Counted from the stretch's first letter, positions 11,301-23,371 are shown. The stretch: DNA of 43,812 bases from Hyphochytrium catenoides (GCA_900088475.1 FLMG01003186.1:1-43812); one strand, 5' to 3'. The notes: a model not told the origin generated them from the letters alone. Made by a program: numbers and translations.

Positions 11301-14300
11301 GTTATTGGTTCCTTGCCCTCAGTCCGTGATACACAGAGGAAGACGTAGGGAGCACCATCTCTGTCCTTGTTCAGGTTATAGTTCAATCTGGTATGAGAGC
11401 AACAGCGCGATAAGGGAAGCGCCACTTCCTCTAACTCAATTTTTGGAAAAAGGTAACAACAGGAAGGATTTCACAGAGACAGACAACTAGTTCCAAAGCA
11501 AAGAGCCAATGAGCTTAGGTGGGGCAAAGCCACTAAAAGAGGTTCGTGAAAAAACAGCGCCGTTGGTCTATGATTACCGCTCATAGTCAGGCGGCGTCTG
11601 GATGTCCTCCAACTTAGAACCACTAACAACAACCAGGTCGGTTATCGCCGTGTAACGCAGGTCCAGCATGTTCAACATGAGTTCCCAGAAGTACTCCGTC
11701 TAGAAAAGATGGGAGAATGTAGAGCGAGGGGAAGCGACGCTCAGGAACTACAAGCTAATAAGACGACAGAACAGGTAGATGGGCTCCAAGGACGGTAAAT
11801 AGTGGGGGAACGCGGCAAAGATCTTTAGTGTTAGAGAAGCATTGACGTGAATCAGACGAGGACGCTTGAGACATGACATAGAAGAAAGAAGCCTATGCGA
11901 AGGAAACTCAAACAGGAAGATGGAGGCCGCAGCTCCATGTCTGCCATTTCATCTTATAAACAAAGAGCAATACAGAGCCTTCCTGCTACCTTCACTGAGA
12001 CATGATCACAACTCTTGCACCGTAGTGCAGTGGCTTGATTTCCTCCGAAGATAGAGCGGAAGGCGTCTGGTAGGTTCGATGCCCTGAACCCGAGCTCGAG
12101 TTGGTCCACCAAAAAGTTTGCAAAGTCTGAAACGTCCTGTTGACAGATAGTGTGAGTAAGAGTCGAGGACGGTACTCAGAGGGGAGACCGGATGAGAGCC
12201 TCGGTTACGTAGAGGCCAAGAGATTAGAGTGGGCAGCAAGGTTGAAGGGATAGACGATGTAACCGGCAAACCCTCTAGACTCAGGGTATACTTTGGAGAT
12301 GGAATCCGGGGCGCTACAGGACTAGAGATGAACAAGAACCTGTTGTCTCCCCTTGGGGAACTGATCCGGAAGAATGAGCTGAATTTCGTGCGATGGCGTC
12401 GCCTTTCTCTGGCTAAATAACAAGCGAAGGAATAGCCGGCGGATAGCGACGAAGAACTGCAACTTCCCCTCCAGATCGTCTAAAGCTTCTGCATGCTGGA
12501 TGGCTTTCAATAAACACCTGGTGAGGGAGACATTGCGGGTACAAATGCGTGGCCTAGCACACGAGAGCATGGACTCCAAAAAATTTGGGAAGGGAAGGTA
12601 TAGGTAGACATCTGACTGCGAAACCGAAGGGATGATTGCTATTCTACTCACCGTCTCGAAAATCGTCTGTCATAAAGAGCGCCTGGAAGAGGGAGTTCTG
12701 ATAGCAAATATTGGTCAGGTCTTCCTTCATATTGATGAGACCCGTCAGTGAAGCAGACGAGGCGGAAGAGCCGCGGAAGTGTTCGCTATCTCGAACGAGA
12801 AGGGACGACCATCTGCCAGAAGTTTCTCCTACAAAAAGTGGAAGTGAAAGAGTCAGAGGGATTAGGAGAGAGCTTATCGAATAACGCCATTGACTTTGTC
12901 TCAGCAGGATTCGGTCTAGGGGACACGGGGTTACCTTTGAACCATTTCCCGTCAAACTTAGAGCAATCTTCTGCGAACGCCAGCAGAACGGCGCTCCTAG
13001 CTCCTCGAGTCATCTACAGGACAAACAGATCAGCTCTGAGGCAGACGACCTTTTAAGGGAATAAGGGAGAAAGCGGCTACTCGGGCTGTTACAAATAATC
13101 AAACGATCAAATTAGCCTTAGAATCGAGGTGGAGAAACAAGAGAGAAGGAAGCTTGACACGGGTCAAAGCATAACAAAAGGTAGTACCTTCGTCCATGCA
13201 CCGCCTCTTTCTCCTGCCTACCTGTTGAAAACTGCCAAGCAGTACCCATCGTCCATCCTGTAGCCGGGCAACCCCTCGGAGTAAAGCACTAAGGTTCATG
13301 ACGTTCCGACCTTCCATTATCTGAGGATGTAGAGTTAGGGTCGGTCGGCTCTCTCAAGTATGCCCTTTTGTGCGTAGAACATTATATCCTTGATTCCTTA
13401 ACTGGCTTGTGCATTACCTCGCCGAAGGATGCTGCCCCAACGTCTAGCTGCATGTTCCCCGCGGTTGCTTCCCATCGACCTTTAAAAGGTGGGCAAGGGC
13501 CTCCTTCTTCGTCCTCAGTCATCATCCTCTCGTCTGAGAAGAGTCGCAACTTCATGGCCTCCAACTCTTGCCACATACCATTTCCAGAAGCTTCTTTTTG
13601 CGCTCCTCCACGGTCAGAAGAAGTGGTGATGGGATGGGCGTCCTGGACGACCTCATGCTTGTCTTCTTTCCTGGTAAAGTTCACAACAATCTTAGGATCG
13701 CCGCTAATCTTGGACGTCCCGAAGGACACGTAGGCGAAACGGTTAGAGCTTAGGGTGGAAATAGACTGACATGCTGTCTTGGTCCGTCGCTGTGGGCGTT
13801 GCAGGAGGCGCGGAAGAGACGTGAACGGCCCTTTCAGAGTCGCAGACAGCACATCGGGAAAGACTGCCACTATTGATAACAGTGCAAGTACTGCAAGCCC
13901 ACTCTGTGAGAAAGGGCGAAGAATAAGATATTCGCAATAGACTTCCTACTCTTCTGATGATAGTAGCTCTCACTTACCGACTTGGGCGGCTGGGATATCG
14001 GTTTGAGCGGCTGGGATAGCTGTCTCTTGACCGGGAGCTTTAGCTATAGACTATCGGTCCCGAGAAATGAGGAACATTAGATCTGATAATATCCCATATG
14101 GTCTGAGCTAACGCAGAATAGGGTTGCCAAGAAAGAAAGAACTGCAACATGAACAGCTCCATTCACTCAGGCCCGAAATACACTCTGACAATGTTTGCTA
14201 CCCAGAGCTTTAATAATTGTTGAAAATAGTACGGAGTAGTAGTTTAGAGAGAACTCTCACCGCCGGCCTTGGGCTACCGCATACAGAGCACGTGGAAACT

Positions 14301-17300
14301 TCCATAGGGTTCCGCAAAGTGCAGGCCTCACAAGACCATTCTCTGAACGTTTTCCAGTGCAGGCCGCAGGGACGGAAAAGCATTAATTCATCTACCCTGT
14401 GAGGCTTCTGGGCGAGGATGTTTGCTTACCTTGCTATTTCCGGGACTGGGACCAAAGCAGACGCTAAATCTACCGTCTGATCTGATGATAAAGGTGAACC
14501 TTGACCACAAACAGAGCAGAACGAAGCGGTCCGATTGTTTACCACGGTGCAGCTTTTACACCGCCATGCTTGAACGGCAGAGGAGAGGGAGGAGAGTGGA
14601 GGTTCAAACGAAGAGACCGTAGAATGAGGAACCCCTGCAATCGCCTTGCACACGCTGAGGGCAGTTCCACACAAGCATGACCCTTCGGGGTCTCCAATGT
14701 AGATGAGGTCGTGTCCATCGTGGCAATAACGAGCACAAAGCTGGCAGAGCCCTGGGCCCTGGCACATATGGGAGAACATAGAGAGGGGGCGAGACAGTAA
14801 CGAAGAGCGATCAATAAAGGAAGAGACGTCAAGCGGTTTATATTGCTGGCTGAGTGGTGTTTTTACCTGAATAATGTTGCAAGTCCTACAGCCGTAATGC
14901 TCAACCTTTCCTTGAACTCTCTCTGGGTCTTTCTTCGAACAATATACTAACTCCTGGCGGTCATGAACGGATGAAACGGCCTGTTCCTGTCCCTTCACCG
15001 CCCCTGTCCCAATATCCCGTCAAGCGATCAGAATAAGAACCAAGCTTTCAATCCAAGTGGTGGAACCATTTAAGAACCTTCAAGCTCGCTTACCATAAAG
15101 CTCCAGCAGAGGAAAGCCTTCTGTAGCTGTGTCCGCAGCCCCACTTCTGCAAGGTTCATGAAGAGATAGTGAAAAGGGTTAACCAGCTATAACAGAATAC
15201 TGGCATGCCTATAGAGCTACATCTATGCCAGAGCCAACTTCACCACCTCTAGCGTGTCGTCACCCTTAGCTCGAACTCGCTGTCTATCAACCTGTCTTCT
15301 TACCTGCCGCGGAAGGACCAAGATGTAAGTGCGAGCGAGGGCATCGTCGAGGCCAATGGACCTATGGTGCTCTCGTTCTTGAGGAAACCATGACCTGGCG
15401 CAAGACAAGCGATGCCTAGACGAATACTATCCATCCCCTCCTTCAGGCGGAGTAGGGAGAAAAGATCAAGAGGGATATCCCAATGCAGATTCTCTCCCAC
15501 GGAAATGAGTGATAAATATTGGCGGCGATCGTATGCCCATCTGACCTGTTAACGGCAGGCGGATGAGCAAGCTAATACTATTTGATTTGTGATTCTACTT
15601 ACCTTCATCTCCCCAGGAGAGGGTGGTAGGAGAACCGAGGAGAGTCTTCCTAGAGAGTAGAAGCGGCCGGATTCCTTCGGACTCGATATTCGCAGAGAAA
15701 TGGTCAAGACACCACTGCGTTCCAAAGATAGCAGCAGAAGGAGTACTGGATCCTCAAGACATGTGCTTGATGAAGAATAATCCAGAGGGAATCCAAACTT
15801 TTGGCTAGAGGTGAGAGGGACGGAGAGAGGTCGAAGGCCCCAGCAGGAGGTGTTGGCAAGAAGAATGCCGACGCAGAAAGGAGAGATTGGGGAGCATGGA
15901 TATTGAAGGCTCAAGGATGTATCGAACCCTTCCGCCATTCTTAATCTCCTTTTATGCCAGATAGCAGATCCCAAGTGGATGAAAGGACTCTGGCTTTCCT
16001 CCCCAGATAGGCTCATTACACATCTTCCGGTACCGTCCTCAATCCTTACCCCAGAGGTGCACAGGAAGTCTTCATTGTGCTTTTGAAAATGCCCAGTCAC
16101 TGGGAGTGAGCGAAAGTGACCAAGAGGAGGTTCATCACTAGGGTTTATCCTGTACAATCCAAGTTATTACATTTGACGCAGATGAAGCGGAAACAAGAGT
16201 AAGTCGATAGGGTAGCAGTAGGATCCATGGCAATAAGCGGCCCCCTTACTCAAAGCTGATGAACAGAGGCAATAAGGTTAATCTCAAAGCAAGAAATGCT
16301 GCATAGTCAAGCAGAGCCCATACGTTGATCACACATGGCAGTCTTTAAGAACCAGGTCACCTCCTCAAAGACATTACCTATATGCGAGATGGTGGAAGAG
16401 CACTCCGTGATTGCCAAAGGGTGTAAAATCAGCTAAGAAGCAGCTCGAATCTAATAATGGCCAATATCCCAGGAGGCCTGGCATTATTCGGGTAAGTCGG
16501 TACGATCGTATGGCAGAGCAGACCCTGCATGTCCCGGATGCTCCACCAAGAGGCATTGTGCAGGGAGAGAATGAGAAGCGTTCGGTTGGAGTTTACCTGG
16601 TTCGTCACCCCGTTTAGCTCTCCTATTATCTGTACCAATCTCTTCAGCAGTCCTGCCTCCTTTCCAGACCGTAAGCTCGCACAGAGAACCCGTAAAGCAC
16701 CTTTCAGGCACCCAACCAATCTCGGTTTCCTGCTCTTTCAGGCTAGGAAGGCCCCCTAGAACAAGGGGAAATGAGGACATGTTCTGTCGTCTTGCTACGG
16801 GTATGTTCCCTTGAACTTTTCCATCCACGTAGAGCATGAAGCTACTGTCATTGCTTTGGAATGAGAACGCGACATGCGAGAAAGCTCCCCGGGAAAGCGA
16901 CACGCTGGAAGTCATAGAGGTTGATTGCTCTTTTCCCCCTACGTGAGCAAGTACTGGAGGGTTTGCGAGCATTGTCAAGGTAATTACAAGCAGAAATAGG
17001 AGGAGGAGCAGTCTTGACAAACCTCGAAGGTCGCCATCGAGTTCTATCCGCCACTCTTCGGTGCTGATAATAACTGATCCTCCTAAGGTTTCTTGTGGTG
17101 CAACACGGATTGTTCATATCGTAAGACAGATATAAAGAAGAGTGTGCGCAATTGTGGCGCAGTGCAGAAATGCGTCAGTGAAGGGGAAACATGTCAAGGT
17201 GGTACTGGACGGTGGTGGTGACTGGTATACGGAGTCAGTAAGTTGTATGTACCAAGTGAGGTAGATGAGGTTTAGCAAGGTACTTGTAGTAGAGTAAGAG

Positions 17301-19914
17301 AGATGGATTGATCACCCTTCTAGTATGGCTATGGATAGCTTTCTCACCGTCTAATGGCAAAATCCACAGCTCGACTGTCCAAGACTCAGCCCCAAGAGCT
17401 TGCATTAAGGCCCTGTCTATCACTATACAGTCATCTGCTCCTCCTCTAGGCGAATAGACCCCAACATCTCGAAGGCTGCCTCGTTCTCCTCCGACATTCA
17501 TACGCATGTCATTTTCCAGGGAAAAGCCAATCTTTTCCTCCGCTCTTTTTGCAAGGAAAACTCCTCTGCTATCTCCCTTGCTCCAGATCCCGGTAGCTCG
17601 CTGCCCGAGAGGATCGATGAACAGCGAGCAAGGGGAAAGGACAGATGACTGGATCAGGTAGAACAAGCCAGTTTCAAAGACCGACCGCTATGTAGCGAGC
17701 ACCAAAGGGCAGCAGGGTCCAGCGGAGTAGATGCGAATATATGTAGAGCGTCGAGTTCTGGCTGACCGCAAAATTCGGAAGATATAGAGCTTACCCGATC
17801 GACGGAGATAATTGACTGTGTCGGAGCGGCTGTGTCACACACATGGCACCTTTTGGCATTCCCCGGGTTCTCCGCTGTGCAAGATCTGCATGTCCATGGC
17901 AATGCCATGGATCCGCTACTTGATTGCCCTTCGGCAGTGGAAGTAGAAAGCATGGAAGCCTTCCCGCCATCTGCCTTCTCATCACCCTCGCCTCTATTTT
18001 GGACCTTTGCCTTTTTCGATAGTTTCCATAGTGCTTCCGCGGACCAGGTGGCTGCCTTACCTGCCTGCCAATGGGTGTCGACAGGCCGAAAAACAAATCC
18101 TTCCATCTGTTAAGAAGCTAGTTAGAGAGCGTACGATTTGATGTCAAGCCACATTGAGGGCAGGGGAAGATTGAAGTCGGCCCTAATGTACAACAGTAGA
18201 GCCCAGGGTCTAGGTTACCTCAATTACTTCTGAAGCATCAACTGGACCTTTAATAGTGGCTCGGACCTCAGCTCCGTAACACGAGCTCACAGACCGCAAA
18301 GTAATGGGAGCTCCGGCAATCTGACAGTTCACAATCGTTAATACTTCGAGAGTAGTTAGAAGCGAGTGTTAACCCATAAAATGCTAACATAGCCTGAATA
18401 AAGGGGGTTGCATAATGAAAGCGGATCGCCTTCACAACCGCTGCAAAAGTAGCGGAAGGCAAATAGTACCTAAAGGAGAAAGTTAGGAGTTACCGTCAGG
18501 TAACGAGAGTATTGTACCTGGTGAGAAGTGGGAGTACCCTCTTCCGGCTCCCATCGGCCCTCGGGCCAAGGTAGTGGTCTCTCAGCGTACTGACCCTGGG
18601 GCCTATGCCAGGAGAAGCTCCGCAATGTTTCCTCCATTTCCTTCCCAGTCTTCCTCCTCTGCTCCCTCATTAGTTTCTGGTAGAGCTCTCGAAGACCTGT
18701 CCTCTGGCCTCTATGGAGGTAGAGAAGAGTCTGCAGAAGATCAGCCATGTCCGCCTGGTAGGCGCTAAACTGATCCCATTGAACTATAAGACCTATCATG
18801 AGCGGGTAAGAATAGTGCTTCTCTGGTTTTCTGCGTCCTTTACAGCTGGCTACCGCGTTAAAGAGCATCATTGGTACGCTAAAGTTTGGGCATTGAACTA
18901 GACCCTTCTTGTTCTCTCTCCTCTTATCCTTCGTCTTCTCTCTGTCGTTGCATCCGTCGGGTCACAAACGTGAGCGGTACTATGCCTCTGGCATATTGTA
19001 CTAAGTCGCATTCTCATTCCCCTCCTTCTCATGAATGGCTTCAGCTACCACTCACCTTGTGGTCCTTTAGTCCCTATTACAGCGAACAGAAGCTCGTGGC
19101 TAGCAACCAGCAGGTCTGGTGAATGCTGATACCCAAGAAGGCACTTTCGGAGTAACGGGAGACAAAGCGGTCCTGCCATGGGTTCAGGGCTCAGGTTCTG
19201 CACCAAAACACGGACCATGGTCTCCGTGAGTAACTTCAGCTGCAGAAAGAGCCTGGCTCGAGGACAGACAGGATATTGTTAACTGCTTTTGCGTAACCTC
19301 GAGGCTCCGGGCGTTGAAGTATCAGGAAAGAGTGACTGCCAAAAAAGCGAGTGCCCAAAGCACACCATCAGGTACAGCACAGCAAAAGACAGAGAGCGTT
19401 GGACAGGCTTAGATATAATACGCCATACCTCGCCTTACAGAGCTCGTCTATGACAGCTGACATGAAGCTCAGCGCTCCCGGACAGTATTGCCCCTCGCCG
19501 CGGAGAACAAGGAATGGTAAAGTGTGCGGAGTGAAGATCTCATGGACCTCAGGCTCTTCAGACACCAATAGCGCAGCCGCTACCCGCAAGGTCTAGGGAA
19601 TGGGGGAATGGTCATTAGAGAAGGACGGAAGTACTTGCTTCATAAGTTTCCTGTGATGATGAGATCTTTCCATGTAGATAGTGCCCGGTGTGCCTCTCCG
19701 TCTGCCACCACCGGTTTATCTCCCCTTACTTGTCTAAGTGGTCCTCTGAGACTTTTACCTCTGGCTCACGGCTATGAAGCTCGTCCACCACCTGCCACCA
19801 GGAGCCTCTGTCATCCTGGCTCACTGTTTGATGCTGGCTATCTCCGTGGCACTGGACTGCAGCCTTAAGGGTCTGCGCTAGGGCCTCCTTAAGCAGCTGG
19901 AGGTGCTCGGCCAT
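5359..19914 (-). CDS. Giant multi-exon ubiquitin carboxyl-terminal hydrolase (USP35/38-like) with NZF x4, LamG, L-type lectin, UBR-box, MABP and UIM modules
   Basis: USP motifs in order on the minus strand: Cys box TGLINMKEDLTNICYQNSLFQALFMTDDFR (~12660-12745); GRQQ|DVSDFANFLVDQL; IFGG...RCKSCDHVS (~12000); CSSC...EPPLHLIMTIKRMWYD...KILHHVKF (6637-6883); His box VVHNGASANSGHYYAYAR...WLKFNDA (6265-6410); AYILFYKR (~6000). Exons from 12136 down to the stop at 5359 join in phase at GT-AG sites. The 5' exons were only partly traced and the ATG at 19914 is the best candidate. Confidence 0.85.
7950..11660 (-). other. MABP (MVB12-associated beta-prism)-type repeat blocks inside the USP gene
   Basis: Spliced translation gives nine repeats of consensus PITDI.V.....P.G[FY].......N[LI]N.G.....[YF]LCY.R, e.g. 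SPITDIQVIFGDQQVPDGFRQVRVDLNQGQGTKVFLCYR and YIMDISIIWPEKETLPPGFTKLSQTPLGMDANLNSGAGGKGLYLCYR. Six lie at ~10000-11660 (the last two degenerate) and three at ~7950-9030. Confidence 0.8.
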
Positions 19915-20726
19915 AGTTACGGACTTAGTTCACCGTCAAAGGCCTGGAAGTGCTGTGCGGGGCTGCTAACAAACCAACGAAGCAGGCTATGCCTCGCACT
20001 TCCCCCTAGCAGACGAGCAATGCTTCTTCCCATGCATAGAAGCCAATTTCCACTCCTCAGATGCTTCAACCCGTATCCTTCGTAGCTTCTAAGCCTGCCA
20101 ATGGGCGACGAGAACAGGGGAAAGCACCAGAAAAAGGAGGGTATGTCGCTACGAAGCTGTTGGCAGCTCTTGCTAGGAAGCAGGGCGCAGGGGGACACGC
20201 CAAGCCAGCAGGGAGGAGGGCAGGATTCTTCCCTTTTCGCATCTTTTGTCTTCTCTTTCCTTTCCTTTCCTTTTTAGAGTTGAACAGACCTGAGCTGTGC
20301 TTCTTCCAGACCTGGGGGAGGTGTGGAAACGGGCTCCATCTCAGAGCTCCTCCTGGACGATAGTGTGAAGCGTTTTGCTGTGATGATGAAGCTGCTTGCT
20401 GCTGATGATCGCGGGATCTTGGCTTGGGAGCAGCAATTGGCAAGTCATGGAAGTGAGGTCTGCAGACAGACAGTGTGAAGAGTGTGATGGCACGGTCACC
20501 TAGCTGGTGACCTAGTGGTCGACAGAAGAAGATAAGAAGACCACTTGCCACCTTGAAGAAGTAAAGGAGAGCTACACAGGACCGTCTCTGTGACAACTTG
20601 ATAGTGCTTTATACTTTATATCGGAAGCACTAGCTTCCACTTGATCTATTGCAGTCTCAATTGTAGAGATCACTCAGTTTAAGCTCCCAAAGGGGATACA
20701 TGTTTACTTCTAAGCCTTCTGCAATC

Positions 20727-21896
20727 CTAAACGATGGCGGCTGATGGGTCTAGGGTCACCGGGATGAGCTCCATCGTCATGCCTGCCTTTGTACAGAGAG
20801 CATGCACTGTCCCTCGATATTTGTGTTCATCACCCAAACTAGCATAGATAGGCAGCAGCATTTCTAGCAAAGCGATTTCCGCTTCTTCTCCTCCACACAG
20901 CGCCACTGCCTTGGCTCTACCAAAGTCTTGCCTGTCAAGGTGAAGTTCCATTACCGTCCTAAAGCTAAACAGATCCGTCAGGCGAAGTAGCAGTCAGTCA
21001 GTCAGCAGGGAAAAACGTCAGGCAACCGTAGGAGGACTTACGTCTGCAGACTGGGCTTCACACCCAGATCACTCATCAGGCAGAGAAGCACTCTCATGTC
21101 AGGAATGTCTGGCATTTTCTTGAAGCACTTCAAGAGACTATTAAATGTTGCAGTGTCCGGCACCAGACGATCTGCTATCATCTGCTCAATGAAGCTCTCC
21201 AGTGTCATCGGAACGTTTGGAAATTTCGCGCCGAGCGCCGGTTTGGAACGCTCCGCCCACCTGTAGCCCATTTTTTAACCCAATGACGGCATTTAGCTAT
21301 CCTTTGATGGAACCTACCTCTGATGCGTACGGGCAACGTGCCAATAAGTTCGCAAGCTCAAAGGCACTTCTGCCCTTCGCATGATCTTGCGGATACACTC
21401 CACCGCCAAAATGTCACCCCTTCTCTCCAATGCTTGCAGCAGAGCAGTAAACGATTCCTCCCTTGCGAGGCCAAGGCGAGCAAGTTCTTGGAGGACCTGG
21501 AGCGCTTCTCCGAAGCTAGCCCGCTCTATTGCAGCAGTAACGAGAGCTTCGTAGGTGATCAACAGGTTAGGACTGCCAGGGACTGCAGCTAGGTGCACCT
21601 TATTGTCAACCCTGCTTGCTTGAGTGTCAGATTGGTTGTCTGTAGAAGGCGAGTAGTAAGGACTGTCGTTACCTGTCGCATTCGATGCGCCGACTTGGCC
21701 GCCCGTCCGGTCTTCCGGACATAGAGGCGTCGTAACTGTCGGCCGTAGTAAAAGCGATGAAGTCCTTCTCAGTAGGTTTTGCTAGCTGCTGTACCGGGAG
21801 GGTTAGGGCTCGTCTACCGTCGCTTCCTGGAAATAGTCTCGATCCTAAAAGACGGCGCGGGGACCACCCGCATATCCCCCGACTGAGAATCCGCAT
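20727..21896 (-). CDS. Pentatricopeptide-repeat (PPR) protein, probably mitochondrial, 4 exons
   Basis: PPR-like motifs MIADRLVPDTATFNSLLKCF...MSDLGVKPSLQTFRTVM and TYEALVTAA...ALQVLQEL. Three GT-AG introns join in phase. The N-terminus MRILSRGICGWSPRRLLGSRLF resembles a mitochondrial presequence. Confidence 0.75.
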
Positions 21897-23371
21897 AATA
21901 TCCACTGTGGCCCTTTCTGCACCTTTACCCGGTCGTGTTGATGACTCTACACTGCTTTCCAAAGTCAAATCCTCTACAGCCTCACAAGTGTGCTGCACTT
22001 TTTAGATTGAGATCTCTGGACAGATCCAGGGAGAGCGGCGGCAACTATCAAACACTGTAGAAGGGAGGACTGATGATGTGGGGTGCCAGCCTTGTCCTGT
22101 CGAGGATTAGCCTTGCGTCTGTCGCAGCAGCAGCCGTGGACTAAAGGTATAAAGTTCTTACTTGTGCAGCCGAACCCAGCCATTGAAGAAGCTGAATCAG
22201 TGTGATCAGTGGGAAAGAAAGAAGCCATCGCCATTTTGTACGCCCACAAGCTCGTGCGCTTGGCTTTAACCCTCATATCCCATAGATTCCTTCTGCAGCG
22301 ACGTGGGTTTGACTGTTCGCGTGAGGAGTTCCGAAAAAAGTAGTTTGTAACGCAAAAGTATATCCCTGGGCATTACTACGAAGCAGATGTCCCAGAACTC
22401 GAGGGCTTGTGACTTGGGCAGACAGACATATTATTATTTGTGAGGATTCAAGTCCAAGGAGTTCAGAACCCCGGAGGACATCGTCCTTTCGTCCTCTAAC
22501 AATAGACAGGGGCGAGGGGCGTAGCATGGCATGTTGACAAGAGGTAAAGGAAGACTCCAACAGGACCAACAACTAGCCATCGTTCGAGCTCAACTAAGAA
22601 AGTTCATAAAAAAAGAAAGAGCTTCAGTAGACACCTACTTTCGATGGGTGGACTGTGTCGACATTCAGTTACTGCAGTCTTACGGAAGCTCAGGATGATG
22701 CTGGGATCTAGTTCGCACTCGTACAAGTATCAAATTATTTGCTGGGTTAGATGACACGACGGTTCAGTGAACGTTGATTAGCAGCTATATCCTAGGTTGA
22801 TGTCCGCTTGGCGGGGCACCACCATGACAGGATCTCAACAAGGTGCCACTTGAATAATGATTACATAGACACTTAAATGCCATAGCCCAATATGGGAGGT
22901 TCATGAGGTGCAGGAGGTATAGAGATCTCATGGCTACTATTATGAAGGTAGATAAGTCAGTACCGACAATTCTCACATCCATGGTGGTGGGACATCGTCC
23001 CGATGCCACTTCCTATTCTAGCACTGATTTAATCCTCCATCCCCTTGATACGCACTAGTTTCCATCTCCTCATTTTCTTCCAGAATCCAGACAGACGCCT
23101 CATTGTCAAGTCATAGGTGTGCTTCCTCGTTAGCTCCAAATAACATCCTAATCATCGGTCATCATAGAGCCTACCGATGTTGGGATTCCTGCCAGGGCTC
23201 AGTGAGCCTTGACCGCCAGGGAGGTCATCGTCTAGGGTAAAAGATGCGTGGTATCTACTGATTACTATATTAACCGGCCGGAAGTAGATTTGTCAATCGC
23301 TGGACCGATCAAACCTCCACAGAAATTGCCGAATGAAGGAGAAAACTTCTCCTTGGCCTCATAGTTCCGAA

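Noticed and set aside
19634-19649. Possible 16-nt microexon in USP intron 1
   Set aside because: An upstream phase-0 donor (GAG|gtaaaa) joins exon 1 to exon 2 without it.
19917-20596. ORFs of 93-176 aa between the PPR and USP genes
   Set aside because: Non-ATG starts and no protein-like features; more likely promoter or UTR.
22758-22773. 16-mer GACGGTTCAGTGAACG also present inverted at ~42252-42267
   Set aside because: A single 16-bp match within 44 kb on two strands is about chance expectation; no flanking similarity.
21974-23009. ORFs upstream of the PPR gene
   Set aside because: They could not be spliced in frame to the PPR exons, and ATG 21896 already gives a good targeting peptide.
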